A stretch of 64,000 bases of DNA from an uncultured virus (IMG/VR IMGVR_UViG_3300031088_000740). Taxonomy: Duplodnaviria; Heunggongvirae; Uroviricota; Caudoviricetes. The notes under the pieces were generated by a model. It saw only the letters and a list, made by a program, of their open reading frames with translations. It searched no databases and was not told where the DNA came from. Location: IMG/VR virus record IMGVR_UViG_3300031088_000740. The stretch is one strand, 5' to 3'. Positions 38,739 through 48,993 of this stretch are shown here, piece by piece; the stretch's first letter is position 1; each line of letters opens with the position of its first letter. The translations under genes were made by a program, and so were the position numbers.

Positions 38739-38784
38739 CAAGAAGCGGTGCGATCTTCACGGGTCGTACCGCTTCTTGCTTTTA
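38739..38784 (+). terminator. intrinsic terminator
   Basis: caagaagcggtgcgatc / ggtcgtaccgcttcttg plus T-run. Confidence 0.7.
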
Positions 38785-38832
38785 GCACAACATGTCGAGG
38801 TAACCTGTCTCCGAAACAAGGAGCGATAAGCC

Positions 38833-39411
38833 GTGGCTAAGACCAAGTACAAGGCACCCAAAGAGACCATAACGCGAGCGGGTGGTGCACCAGCGACAGT
38901 TGCGGTTCTCTTGGTGATAGCGCTCTTCGCTACTCTCATCTGGGTTCTTCTTGTCCACGAAGGTAGCCGCGACGAACTAGTCTTTGATGTGTTCGTTGTT
39001 GCAAGCATTATTGGTCTTGTTGGCTGGCTAGGTCGTCTAACTAACTTCAGGCAGAAGGCTATCGATAACCAGCACCGATATGACTACTACGACCAGAACT
39101 CACAATGGATTGACGAAACAGTTATTCCATTCTTCCGAAAGACCGCCTCTATCGAGCTAAGCCACAACGAGGCAACAGAACTCATGTACTCCGGTTCTCT
39201 TCAGAAGGTTCTTGGTGAACCATACCCAGCACATAACTCTTACGTCATCCAAATCACCCTTGAAGAAGGCGACAAAATCGAGTTCTCGCTCAACAGAGTG
39301 ACTGAACAATACTCCACTGACGCTGTGACGACTGAAACGACGGCGATACCACTAGCTCTGAAGCCCGCCGTTGTAAGTCCCAAGAAAAAGCGTTACACCT
39401 GGCGTAGCTGA
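38833..39411 (+). CDS. two-TM membrane protein (paralog family with 50214 and 60061)
   Basis: WIDETVIPFF...EATELMYSG after the TM pair. Confidence 0.65.
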   Translation: MAKTKYKAPKETITRAGGAPATVAVLLVIALFATLIWVLLVHEGSRDELVFDVFVVASIIGLVGWLGRLTNFRQKAIDNQHRYDYYDQNSQWIDETVIPFFRKTASIELSHNEATELMYSGSLQKVLGEPYPAHNSYVIQITLEEGDKIEFSLNRVTEQYSTDAVTTETTAIPLALKPAVVSPKKKRYTWRS

Positions 39412-40466
39412 GCCACCAACGGGCACTGGAACGGGTCGCTGTGCTTCAATCCAACCTTGTTGAGGTATCGCATGACGATGCCGTACGACTGGAATAGTCC
39501 CGTTTCGGCATAAGGCACATCGTGATCGATGCAGAACTGCTTGACGATCTTCTGCGCCTTGCGGAGGTTCGGTCGTGCCATGCTCGGGAACAGGTGATGC
39601 TCGATCTGGTAGTTCAGCCCGCCCATGAGGTTATCAGTCAACCAGTTGGACTTGATGTCACGTGAGGTGAGCACCTGACGGCTGAAGTAGTCCACCTTTT
39701 CACCGCGCGGAATGATGGGCATACCCTTGTGGTTTGGGGCGAATGCACCACCCATGAAGAGTCCGAACACACCCATCTGAATCAAGATGAAGCCACCGGC
39801 TACCCAAGGGTTGCACAAAGCGAAGAGGAAGACCGCAGGAGCGATTGTTCTGATGGCGATGAGGGATAGTTCAAGTGCTCTATTTTCGAGCTTAGACGAA
39901 GGCGACACAAGGCTCTGGACCGAACTCTTCAACAAGTCAAACCCCGTGAAGAGCAGCAAGAAGGGGAAGAGGTAGCCCTGCCTCTTAGTAAGCATCTTCT
40001 CTAGACCAGTCCTGCTGTCGTAGTCCTCTTTGGTGAATACGAGAACTGGGATCTTGATGTCAGGGTCTTTGTCTTCAGTATTCGGGTTGGCATGGTGAAG
40101 ACTGTGCTTCTTCTTGTCCCACCATCCGATAGAGAGACCCACAAGAAGGTTCGCGGTGAAGAGCGCAAACCACTTGTTGAGCTTGTTCGAATTGAACACC
40201 TGCTTGTGTCCCAACTCATGAGCAAGGAATCCATACTGCGCCCCGAGGATACCCAGGAATGGCGCGATGAGAAGAACGAGGGCGGACTCCCGAAGAAAGA
40301 AGACACCGCCCCAAGCAACGATTGCCAGAACAGACACCTGGATGAATCGAGTGATGTAGAAGCCTACCTTCTTATCGAGAAGATCTGCCTCCTTGATGAG
40401 CTTCGAGAGGCTTGCGTATGTGCTTAGTGCTCGTGCTTGGGGCTTTTCAGCGGTCGTAGTGGACAT
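39393..40466 (-). CDS. membrane fatty-acid (acyl-CoA) desaturase
   Basis: His boxes HELGH, HSLHH, QIEHH; FAPNHKGMP; start MSTTTAE after aaggag. Confidence 0.92.
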   Translation of the reverse strand: MSTTTAEKPQARALSTYASLSKLIKEADLLDKKVGFYITRFIQVSVLAIVAWGGVFFLRESALVLLIAPFLGILGAQYGFLAHELGHKQVFNSNKLNKWFALFTANLLVGLSIGWWDKKKHSLHHANPNTEDKDPDIKIPVLVFTKEDYDSRTGLEKMLTKRQGYLFPFLLLFTGFDLLKSSVQSLVSPSSKLENRALELSLIAIRTIAPAVFLFALCNPWVAGGFILIQMGVFGLFMGGAFAPNHKGMPIIPRGEKVDYFSRQVLTSRDIKSNWLTDNLMGGLNYQIEHHLFPSMARPNLRKAQKIVKQFCIDHDVPYAETGLFQSYGIVMRYLNKVGLKHSDPFQCPLVAQLRQV

Positions 40467-40646
40467 TGTGCTCCTTGGAATTGGAGGCTTTATTCCATTG
40501 CGGGCATATACAGGCAACGAAGTAAGATTTCGCTTGCCTCAGAGGTAAAGTTACCACAGCAAATGCCATATCGAACTCAGCCCTACCCATGTTTTGCTGT
40601 GAGTTAGCCTTTAGTCAGCTAGGATTGGTAACTGAACAGGAGAATC

Positions 40647-41000
40647 ATGTCGAACAACGCTTATCTACCTCAAGCTGTCCCTGACACACAGCTTCCCAAC
40701 TCGCTTCATAGCAAGATCTACCTCAGTGCACTTGTTGTCTTCATCGCACTGGTCAACTTTGCTCTGCCCACGGTATTTCCTGAGGTTGTGATTGCAGAAA
40801 TCACAAGGATCTTCCTTTCTCTTGCAGGCGCAGCAGGTGGTGTAGCTGTAGGAATCCTCCTGATTCGGAAGGCTCGCGAAGAGAACGCACGCACGGCGGT
40901 AGCTATTACAGGACTCGTTCTTTCATCCATCTACCTTTTGTTTGCTGTCGGCGTGGCTCTCTTTATTGGTGCCCTTTACCTAGCAGTCTCGAACGAGTAA
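40647..41000 (+). CDS. three-TM membrane protein
   Basis: SKIYLS...VGILLIRKA; paralog of the next gene. Confidence 0.65.
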   Translation: MSNNAYLPQAVPDTQLPNSLHSKIYLSALVVFIALVNFALPTVFPEVVIAEITRIFLSLAGAAGGVAVGILLIRKAREENARTAVAITGLVLSSIYLLFAVGVALFIGALYLAVSNE

Positions 41001-41500
41001 TGGCTACCGAAAACGACGACAACATCCAGTTCGGCTATGACGGCTTTGATCAGACCGAACCAAGTCAGCAGGCATCACCCGCATCAAGCTACCCGCCTGG
41101 CTATGCGGCACCTGTTGAGCAGCCAATTGCTCATAGTGGTGAAGTCCCCACTGAGACATCGGGCAAACCTCGGTCAACAACTGGTTCAAAGGTCTATTTG
41201 TCACTTGCTGCGATTGTTGTAGTCGTTCCGCTCGTAACTATTTTGTTCGCATGGGGAATTCTCCCATATGGTTTCCTTGGTCCGGTTGCTACCTTTCTGG
41301 GGCTACTCACCTTCCTGTGTTACCCCGGAGCAATCGTTGGTCTCATCGTGGGAATCGTTTGTGTCCGAAAAGCCAAGAAGCGCAACCAACGTCGTATCAA
41401 TTGGGCTGTAGGTATTGCCATGATGAGTATTCAGGTAGCAGTGCTCACAGCAGCAGTTGTCTATCTAGCGGTGCTCCTTGCATCCTATAACGGCTACTAA
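41000..41500 (+). CDS. three-TM membrane protein with Pro-rich N-terminus (DUF4190-like)
   Basis: SKVYLS...VGIVCVRKA. Confidence 0.65.
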   Translation: MATENDDNIQFGYDGFDQTEPSQQASPASSYPPGYAAPVEQPIAHSGEVPTETSGKPRSTTGSKVYLSLAAIVVVVPLVTILFAWGILPYGFLGPVATFLGLLTFLCYPGAIVGLIVGIVCVRKAKKRNQRRINWAVGIAMMSIQVAVLTAAVVYLAVLLASYNGY

Positions 41501-41577
41501 TTCAAACTGAATGCTTGACCACTACCTAGTAGTATCGCGCTATAAGTGGTATCATCTCATCCAACATAAGGAGACTC

Positions 41578-42324
41578 ATGAGTGCCTACGTAGACGAGCC
41601 AAAGACAACAGAAGAATACGAGCAGATCGTTGACAGTGTTGATCTGCCCGGGTGGATGGACTACCCCGAAGAGAAGAAGAAGGTCTACGAGATCGTCACA
41701 GAAGGTGAGCTATTCAAGATCGTAGAAACGGGCGATTCTTTCTCCACCTTCGAAGAGGCGTACGACTTCATTGATGATGCTCTCGGCGGTGACCAGATCT
41801 TCCCCACCGTCAGCGACGAGCTAAAGTTCGGGAAAGACGATACGGATAGGAGAGTAAGAGGGTTCCTATCCTTTACCTTCGACGACAGAGAGCGCATAGA
41901 CAAGTACTCCTACTGGGTCTTCCTTCAGATCAACGAGCAGTACGAGAAAGACCGAGAGGACTGGGTAACAGCATACCGCTGGCTCAAGAACCACCCAGCC
42001 TTCTACCACCGCTACGAATCGAATATGAACGACTGGGCAACCGATGATGGTCTGGACGACATCTACCAGAACGTCGGTCGAGACGACCAGGGTGGCGCAC
42101 TTGTGAAGCTCGAACACGGCACATGGGAAGGCAAGGGAAGAACTGGTCAGCGAAGCGTTGACTTCCGGCTCTCAGTGACCGCCAGCAGCTTTGAGGAAGC
42201 ATTCGTGCTCCTTGCTAAGCGAGTACGCAAGAACTTCTCCACGGACGGCGTTGACTACGGCAAGCAAGAAGACCTGCCAGTGTGGTACGAAGAGCTAGTA
42301 GCAAGGCTTCGCGACGAAGAATGA
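41578..42324 (+). CDS. acidic hypothetical protein
   Basis: RBS aaggag; AYRWLKNHPAF, LEHG, ASSFEEAFVLLA. Confidence 0.7.
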   Translation: MSAYVDEPKTTEEYEQIVDSVDLPGWMDYPEEKKKVYEIVTEGELFKIVETGDSFSTFEEAYDFIDDALGGDQIFPTVSDELKFGKDDTDRRVRGFLSFTFDDRERIDKYSYWVFLQINEQYEKDREDWVTAYRWLKNHPAFYHRYESNMNDWATDDGLDDIYQNVGRDDQGGALVKLEHGTWEGKGRTGQRSVDFRLSVTASSFEEAFVLLAKRVRKNFSTDGVDYGKQEDLPVWYEELVARLRDEE

Positions 42325-42665
42325 CCATCACCGAATCAGAAGCCAATCGAATCTACGACTCTGTTCGAGAAGCACTGAGTGATGTAGAAGACCCCGAAAT
42401 CGGAATCAACATCGTAGACCTGGGTTTGGTTTACGGCATTGACATCTCCGATAACGGGGTCTTTCTTACTATCACCCTCACTTCCGCTGCCTGTCCTCTA
42501 CAGGACTATATTCAGGAAGAGATATTGCGCGCGATTGATCGTATAGATGCACCATCGCCCGTCTACTTCAACTGGGTATTCGCTCCGCTATGGAACATCA
42601 GCATGATGACTGATGACGGGCGCGAGATGTTTCGGGCAATAGGCGGGCACATACCCACCTATTAG
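42321..42665 (+). CDS. DUF59 / SufT-like Fe-S cluster assembly protein
   Basis: DVEDPEIGINIVDLGLVY, TLTSAACPL, WVFAPLW...MMTDDGR. Confidence 0.88.
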   Translation: MTITESEANRIYDSVREALSDVEDPEIGINIVDLGLVYGIDISDNGVFLTITLTSAACPLQDYIQEEILRAIDRIDAPSPVYFNWVFAPLWNISMMTDDGREMFRAIGGHIPTY

Positions 42666-43684
42666 GCGGCGTGAGCCATACGCTGCATCTTGGCAAGCTT
42701 CGCCTGTTGGTTGCTCAGCAGAGTGATGCCAAGCTCTACGGTCTTCCAGTTGGTTATATCTATCTTGCTAGAAGCGAGAAGCTCATCACCATTTCGCCGC
42801 AGATGATAGATCTTCACCCCCAACTCGCTGTAGTTGATGTAGCCATCCTTAGACATCAGCAGTCGTGCGACCGCATCCTTGGGATGACCCGCTGTGATGA
42901 GTTTGACGATCTTCTTTTCAAAGAAGTAGGTCGTGTTATCGACACCTAGACCCCAAGGGTAGCTAAGGAACGAGATACCCGACTCGGCAGTGAAGTACTC
43001 GCGATACTGGGAGAGGATACTCAGTCGATTCAAGCTGCGACACGTGCCCACAACCTCGATGAACTCATCCGTTACAAAGCGTGCCCCAAAGGCACTCTTG
43101 ACGAAACTTCGAACATCTCGCTGCATGAAGTGCTTTGCAATCTTCTTGAATGAGCGATGGTCTCCGAAGTTGAGCTTGCCCCGGATCTTGTCTTTGCCGT
43201 CAGCTAGATCCCACTCTCGAAGAAGTGGGTAGGCAAGATAGCTATACAGCATTGAATCTTGAAGTATCTCCTTGGGTACAGTCTCACCGTAAACCCTTTC
43301 GTACATCTCGACTACGTACCGAGCGACTTCTGCATCATGAGCACTCTTTGGGTTATGACGAGGGTCATCGCTTGTGAGGTCACACCCGCTCATCACACGG
43401 AACATAGGATTACCCTCTTTGGTTCTCCTTCGGCACGAATAAACAGTGCTACTGAGCCGGGTGTAATACTCATTGACCCGATTTTCACCAAGCCGGTACG
43501 TCTCCTTGTGCATTCGCGCGCGAGTCTCCTGCACCACGATGTCATCAAAGACATAGATGTGCTCATAACGCATCAAGGCGTAGGCATAATCCTTATTCAC
43601 ATGAGTGGTATCCAACTCGATAGCACGTGAGTACATCTTGTACTTATCGGTCTCTCTGAGCAGCACAAAGGGTTTCTCGTCCAT
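42662..43684 (-). CDS. hypothetical protein
   Basis: RBS aggagg; TTGACA-17-TACATT promoter. Confidence 0.65.
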   Translation of the reverse strand: MDEKPFVLLRETDKYKMYSRAIELDTTHVNKDYAYALMRYEHIYVFDDIVVQETRARMHKETYRLGENRVNEYYTRLSSTVYSCRRRTKEGNPMFRVMSGCDLTSDDPRHNPKSAHDAEVARYVVEMYERVYGETVPKEILQDSMLYSYLAYPLLREWDLADGKDKIRGKLNFGDHRSFKKIAKHFMQRDVRSFVKSAFGARFVTDEFIEVVGTCRSLNRLSILSQYREYFTAESGISFLSYPWGLGVDNTTYFFEKKIVKLITAGHPKDAVARLLMSKDGYINYSELGVKIYHLRRNGDELLASSKIDITNWKTVELGITLLSNQQAKLAKMQRMAHAA

Positions 43685-43743
43685 ACCAAGCCTCCTACCT
43701 ACTTAGTACGAATGTACATGAGTAGCCTTATGGTGTCAAATAC

Positions 43744-44031
43744 TTAGCTGTTTCCTAGGGCTTCAAGCCCCCGCATCTCAGCGATGATGTCAGTTACGTC
43801 CTGAATATCCTGCTCAGTAGTGTCTTGGTCCTCCATGACCTCGATGGCGTACTCAGTAAGCTCAGCGCCATCGAAGTGAGGTGAGTCGAGGATGACCCCA
43901 GTAGCCTTCATCACTGACGTATTGCTCTCTCGAAACACCAACAGGGTCCGCAGCATGTTCTCAGCCTGTGGAATGGTTCGGAACATACCGATGACGAATC
44001 GCTTCTTAGGAGTGTTTCTCGGTTCCATCAT
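43744..44031 (-). CDS. small hypothetical protein
   Basis: Operon position. Confidence 0.5.
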   Translation of the reverse strand: MMEPRNTPKKRFVIGMFRTIPQAENMLRTLLVFRESNTSVMKATGVILDSPHFDGAELTEYAIEVMEDQDTTEQDIQDVTDIIAEMRGLEALGNS

Positions 44032-44905
44032 TGCCTCTCAGGGAGTCGAAAATACCGTCATCGATGTCGTTCTCGGTGATTTCAAGCGCGATGTGGACGG
44101 AAATGTCCTTGGATGCTACCTTGTCGAAGCGATTAACGGAACACCCAGAAGAAACAACTCGATCTACAGTGCTAGACCACTCATCAGAACTGATCTTGGA
44201 GAGCATCTTCAGTTCCAGTAGCTCCCAGGCAAGCTCAGTGCCCTCAGGAACCCGTGAGCGCCACTTATCGACAACTTGCTCATACCCTTCGTGCGAGGTC
44301 GCGAAATCGAATCCTAGAGCCTCTGAGAGCTTCACACTGCCCCACTCAGCCCAGCGATAGTACACAGGGGCAAGGTCAACAAGCTGACTGTCATCAACGG
44401 CTAGATGAGCAACGTACGCCGCGAGAGGGAGAGCGATTGTGTTGCGTGACACAGGCGGCACCATAGCGCCAATGTTCTTGCCCTTTACTCCACCGTAGAT
44501 GACTGCGACATCTAGCTCAGCAGCGTACTCTTGACTTCCATCACCAACGGAATTGTTGAAGTTGGCAGTGTGGAAGCGGAGGTCATTCTTGCCGTAGAGG
44601 TTTTCGTGAATGTAGTCGTACCATACGTTCAGCGCATCAATAGTGCCTTCAACATCGACAAGGACTGCATATGCCAAAGACGCACGAGTCATAGGCTGGA
44701 CATAAAAGGGGCTGCTGCCTTGAGTCTTCTTCATGGAGCGGATAACGTTTCGATACCTCTCGCTCACAAAGAACTCCTTGACCTCCGCTAGCTGACCCAG
44801 AGCGGTCTTCTGCGGAATGCCAAAACGTCGTGCCTCATCCTTGACAGAGCTAGTCATGTCGGTGATTCTCGGCGCGTAAGCGAGTAGTGGGTTGGGGTTA
44901 GTCAT
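44006..44905 (-). CDS. hypothetical protein with C-terminal NDID module
   Basis: SSGCSVNRF...ITENDIDDGIFDSL. Confidence 0.75.
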   Translation of the reverse strand: MTNPNPLLAYAPRITDMTSSVKDEARRFGIPQKTALGQLAEVKEFFVSERYRNVIRSMKKTQGSSPFYVQPMTRASLAYAVLVDVEGTIDALNVWYDYIHENLYGKNDLRFHTANFNNSVGDGSQEYAAELDVAVIYGGVKGKNIGAMVPPVSRNTIALPLAAYVAHLAVDDSQLVDLAPVYYRWAEWGSVKLSEALGFDFATSHEGYEQVVDKWRSRVPEGTELAWELLELKMLSKISSDEWSSTVDRVVSSGCSVNRFDKVASKDISVHIALEITENDIDDGIFDSLRGNDGTEKHS

Positions 44906-44907
44906 GG

Positions 44908-45180
44908 CTAGATGAGGTAGAAGTGTCCGTTAGAGAAGGAGAGCGCACCGGTAGCCGATACGTGCTGGTCGAGTTCAACCGTATCAGCATCCTCCGGATG
45001 AATCCATACCTCAGTCCAGATGTCGTCGAAGCTATCAGCAGACTCAACCCACTGACCGTCCTGAAGCGTCTTGCTGGGGTTGCGGACGGTTACGAAGAGA
45101 CCCGAGACACCATCAATGATGCTCTGGTGAGGTAGGGCGATAACCGGACCTACGATTGTGGTTGCGATACTCATGCCCAC
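44908..45180 (-). CDS. small OB-fold-like protein
   Basis: Beta-rich; overlaps the HNH stop. Confidence 0.45.
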   Translation of the reverse strand: MGMSIATTIVGPVIALPHQSIIDGVSGLFVTVRNPSKTLQDGQWVESADSFDDIWTEVWIHPEDADTVELDQHVSATGALSFSNGHFYLI

Positions 45181-45638
45181 TCACCCACTCGGACCTCGGT
45201 AAGCGCCGGGAAGTAGTTTTTGCGGCGGATCTCAATGCGAGACTTGTCGAGTGCAGAAGGCATTTTTGCGCCCTTCGAAAGGTTGTGGAACTCGCACGCC
45301 GCGACGAAGTTCTGCATGGAGGTAGCTCCACCACGGGAGAAGGGGAAGAAGTGGTCAGCGTGCTGAGACCGACGCGGGCATCGGCTGAGACCAACCGAGA
45401 ACTCGCACTGGTGACCAGCACGAGCGTGACCGAGACGCTTTTGTTCCTGCGAGAAGATACGCTCATCGGTGGACTGGTGCGCACGACGCTTTGCGTTACG
45501 GATGTTGCGAATCGACTTGAAGACGACACGAGCGATGATGAAGACAATGATCCAGCCAATAGCCTCGGGGATGAACTCACCCGTGGATGTGGCATTGAGC
45601 GCTTGCTCGAAAAGCCCGAACAGAATGTCCTCGACCAT
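45171..45638 (-). CDS. HNH endonuclease with N-terminal TM segment
   Basis: GHQCE...C...HADHFFPFSRGGAT...NFVAACEFHNLSKG. Confidence 0.85.
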   Translation of the reverse strand: MVEDILFGLFEQALNATSTGEFIPEAIGWIIVFIIARVVFKSIRNIRNAKRRAHQSTDERIFSQEQKRLGHARAGHQCEFSVGLSRCPRRSQHADHFFPFSRGGATSMQNFVAACEFHNLSKGAKMPSALDKSRIEIRRKNYFPALTEVRVGEWA

Positions 45639-45751
45639 GATGTCCTCCTTAGTTGATAGTTACATCATACTAGGTTTCCAGAAGGTAGTCAAATAGAAAC
45701 TTGGTGCAGTGGTGGGTTATGTCAAAAGGATATACTCACGGCTGAATTGGA

Positions 45752-45773
45752 TGTCGCTTGCACCAGATACAAT
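45752..45773 (+). promoter_or_regulatory. TGTC-N12-TAnnnT promoter motif
   Basis: TGTC gcttgcaccaga TACAAT. Confidence 0.7.
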
Positions 45774-45794
45774 TGAGAGCAGAAAGGGTTTCCC

Positions 45795-46646
45795 ATGTCC
45801 AAGAACCGCGTCCCCATTGTCGATAAGAACGGCAAGTCCACACACGTCTGGAAGTCAGACGACAACGGCAGACACTCCATTGAGCGAATTGCTAGTACCG
45901 AAGTCACCAGTGCAGCAAGCTCAGCCAGTGGAGACCCCGTATCAGATCTCATGGATGACCTATGGACTGACACCCAGGCTATTAGGGTTCTCTCGACATC
46001 TCTTGCCGGTATCGATGAGATGCGCAAGAACAACCAGGATGCCACCCCGTTGCTTGAAGCGGTTATGAACACTGGCGAGCAGAGCGGAACTGAGATGCTC
46101 ATGGAAGCTGCTTTCTCAGCACAGGACAACATCGAGAAGCTCGACGCTGAACTGACCGCTATCGAGCAGCAGAACCCTTACGACCTCGACGAAGACGACC
46201 GAGAGTCTTACGACGTAGGTGTCGGTGAACTACGTCTACAGAAGTCCCAGATCAAAGAGCACCTCGACAAGGCTGGTGTACTTAGCGGAGCGAGCATCCT
46301 CTCTCCCCGTATCACTCGTACCTGGGAAGACGGCATCGCTGCCGCCAAGGAAATCTACGGCGAACCGACCATCGAGCAAGACCTACCTAATGGCGGTTCC
46401 ACTCTTCGTTACGGCGACCCAGATGCAGATGCTGGTTGGCACGAGGTTACGGTCAACAGACTTGGTAACGTCACCGCGTTCAACACCCCCGAGGGTTCAT
46501 TCAGCGCAAGCAGTATCGACTTCCCCGTTGCTACGCCAACTGGTGACGTAGAGCTTCGAGGCGAGACAGAAGGCAAGCTCACCATGCAGGACGTTCAGCG
46601 TATCGTCTTCATCAGCACCGGTAACCGAGACACATGGACTAGCTAA
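45795..46646 (+). CDS. DKNGK-tagged acidic protein #9
   Basis: MSKNRVPIVDKNGKSTHVWKS. Confidence 0.8.
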   Translation: MSKNRVPIVDKNGKSTHVWKSDDNGRHSIERIASTEVTSAASSASGDPVSDLMDDLWTDTQAIRVLSTSLAGIDEMRKNNQDATPLLEAVMNTGEQSGTEMLMEAAFSAQDNIEKLDAELTAIEQQNPYDLDEDDRESYDVGVGELRLQKSQIKEHLDKAGVLSGASILSPRITRTWEDGIAAAKEIYGEPTIEQDLPNGGSTLRYGDPDADAGWHEVTVNRLGNVTAFNTPEGSFSASSIDFPVATPTGDVELRGETEGKLTMQDVQRIVFISTGNRDTWTS

Positions 46647-46663
46647 CACCGCTTGACCTCACA

Positions 46664-46707
46664 CCAATGGCACTACTGAGAGAAATCCAGTAGTGCCATT
46701 GGCTTTG
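46664..46707. terminator. intrinsic terminator
   Basis: ccaatggcactactg / cagtagtgccattgg. Confidence 0.75.
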
Positions 46708-46750
46708 TATGGAGCCGAGCTACCCGATGAAGGATAACCCGGCACGTATC

Positions 46751-47092
46751 TCAACAGGCGGAGCGGCGCGCTTCTTCAACTGCCCGTTGATGTTCCTTGG
46801 GAGAGACCCACCCTGCGCTTTCAAACGCAAGTCTGACCGCACTCATGAAGTCGCCTACGTCAATCAGGTCTGGGTTGACATCAGCGCTATTCGTCACGGG
46901 GAGTGAGAAGTAATCACAGAGGTCGAACAGATATTCGCCCACGCTAGACTTCTCGTCTTCCTCCACATCAAACTCCAATGCTTCACCCTTCATGTAGTCA
47001 GAATCCACGAGCATCTCGTGCATCCGTATCGCTCTTTGTGTGAACTGGTCATCCATTGTCTGCACCGTCTTCCTTGTAGTAGTCGTGATCAT
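46751..47092 (-). CDS. small acidic hypothetical protein (start probably MDDQF)
   Basis: Downstream of 47049..47828. Confidence 0.5.
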   Translation of the reverse strand: MITTTTRKTVQTMDDQFTQRAIRMHEMLVDSDYMKGEALEFDVEEDEKSSVGEYLFDLCDYFSLPVTNSADVNPDLIDVGDFMSAVRLAFESAGWVSPKEHQRAVEEARRSAC

Positions 47093-47828
47093 CCTTAGCC
47101 CATTTCAGCCCAGGGTCAAACGACTTACCCGTCTTCAACGAAGTCATGACCTCGACGCTCATGTAGAGGTCACCATCGCTAAAGCTGATGTCAGAGAGCT
47201 TGCCGCTCAGGGGGAAGTAGCCGAACCGATCCTCACTGGTGACAATGCCTTCACTAATGCGCGAAAGGTCGATATACCGCAGCTTCCATGAAGAGTCATC
47301 ACCCCATACGCAACCGGTATAGACAGCCCACTGACCGGTTGTGGAATAGAGGTCTTCTTCCGAGTAGAGGTATCGGATAGCGTCTTTATTGCCGAATGTT
47401 CTGGTGACAGAATCGTCGTCAAATTCGCCACGCCAGTCAAATACTCGGAAGCCGGTAGGGCAGAAACCTGAACCCGGCAGTTCGGTACCAACAGGGTGAG
47501 TCTTCAACCACTCACTCTCAGGGTTACTATTAGCTATCCTGTCGTACATCTCTTGGGTGACCACAGGGTACGCCTCGACAGCAACGATTTCTCCCTTGAC
47601 GAGATCCACCACTTCGAATCGCGTGTACTTGGTAGAGATGAGGGCGTAATCTCGCCAGACACCATCTTTGAGTTGACGGAACGGTTCAAACGTTCCCATC
47701 ATGCCGTAATTACGGTCATACTCAAAAACCACTCTGCCATTCTCACCTTCTTCACTGAGAAGAGTGGTGTCTCGAATAGCTACATGGGTTGTATTCCATG
47801 TACCCTTCTCACCCTGAATTTTGGTCAC
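47049..47828 (-). CDS. hypothetical beta-rich protein
   Basis: KGTWN, TFEPF, GFCP, GCVWGDDSSWK..YIDLS. Confidence 0.7.
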   Translation of the reverse strand: MTKIQGEKGTWNTTHVAIRDTTLLSEEGENGRVVFEYDRNYGMMGTFEPFRQLKDGVWRDYALISTKYTRFEVVDLVKGEIVAVEAYPVVTQEMYDRIANSNPESEWLKTHPVGTELPGSGFCPTGFRVFDWRGEFDDDSVTRTFGNKDAIRYLYSEEDLYSTTGQWAVYTGCVWGDDSSWKLRYIDLSRISEGIVTSEDRFGYFPLSGKLSDISFSDGDLYMSVEVMTSLKTGKSFDPGLKWAKDDHDYYKEDGADNG

Positions 47829-48044
47829 GTCAGCAACGTATTGCTCGTGGACCAGCTTCTCGGGAGGGAGCGGGAATGAACGGTTTTCTGAGTTCTGTAC
47901 CTAAGTCATGGTGAAAGCATACACCGACAATGGGCGAGTAACCCAAAATGGTAGAAATTGCACAGCAAACTTGAAGCGACGAACCGAGAACTATCGGTAC
48001 CAGTCTGTTAGTGTTACTCATCACTTTCGGAAGGTAACCCCAAT

Positions 48045-48317
48045 ATGCCCGTCAACGACAGCATCGCTACAAAGCAGTTCATGGTTATGTGCGCACTACG
48101 TTACGCAATCGGTCGTCAGACCTACATTACCGGTATGGTTACCGAAGAAATCCAGCGCATTTGGAATGACCTCAATGCAGATGAGCAGAACGCTATCGAG
48201 ATTGATGTTCGTCACGAACTCAAGGACGGCAAGAGCGCTGACGGCGACCTCATCAAGCTGGCAACATTCATCACAGCAAAGCGAGCCGAACCGCCAGTAC
48301 CCCCGACAAGGTTCTAG
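48045..48317 (+). CDS. small phage-type hypothetical protein
   Basis: CALRYAIGRQTY. Confidence 0.6.
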   Translation: MPVNDSIATKQFMVMCALRYAIGRQTYITGMVTEEIQRIWNDLNADEQNAIEIDVRHELKDGKSADGDLIKLATFITAKRAEPPVPPTRF

Positions 48318-48826
48318 TTTCTCGAATCGTCGTCAACTGAGCGAGCGAGGCTGACTGCGAGATCGTCAGCAGGTGCTACTTCGATAATGGGAACAAGAGT
48401 TGCTTCCTCCTGCTTTTTCTTGGGAGCGAGAGGAACAACATTGTTTCCTTCCTCATCGTTTCCGCCCAGAGCGGTGTAGTCACGACCATCACGGGATTCC
48501 CGCTTAATCGTCTTGGGCTTCAGAGAGGCAACCTTCTCGGCATCCACCTGAGTCTTCTCAGAGCTAGTTGCCTTACGAATCTCACCCGCTGCTTCACGCT
48601 TCTTTTTCTTGCGCCAATCGATGTTTCCCTTGATGAGGTTTGCAATCAGAACAATCACACCGACGATGATACCAATGGGAGTGAGGTATCCAACGTGGAG
48701 ATAGTTGCGATCAGCAACGACAAGCGCAAGAGCAATCAGCGCGATGACGACAATGACTGTGACAAATCGATTGTCGAACTTCTTCTGCTTGTCTGAAACT
48801 TCGGTGGACGTGTTGTATCCGAGCAC
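48314..48826 (-). CDS. two-TM membrane protein
   Basis: RBS gaaagg; TM pair then charged tail. Confidence 0.6.
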   Translation of the reverse strand: MLGYNTSTEVSDKQKKFDNRFVTVIVVIALIALALVVADRNYLHVGYLTPIGIIVGVIVLIANLIKGNIDWRKKKKREAAGEIRKATSSEKTQVDAEKVASLKPKTIKRESRDGRDYTALGGNDEEGNNVVPLAPKKKQEEATLVPIIEVAPADDLAVSLARSVDDDSRN

Positions 48827-48993
48827 GGGTGACCTTTCGGGGTGAGAACTGGTATAGGTTATCAGGAGTAGCGTCGCTACTTCGTGGTTTCCGTCAGTAG
48901 CTGCTTGCCATGCACAGTTGTCCAGCGGCTAGTTGGACAATTTAGATATTGCTTGCTATCCTATGCGAAATCACCATCAGAAAGCCCGATCCA

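Noticed and set aside
47830..48044. 215-nt intergenic gap as an RNA gene
   Set aside because: No clear stable structure or terminator; explained as a divergent promoter region.
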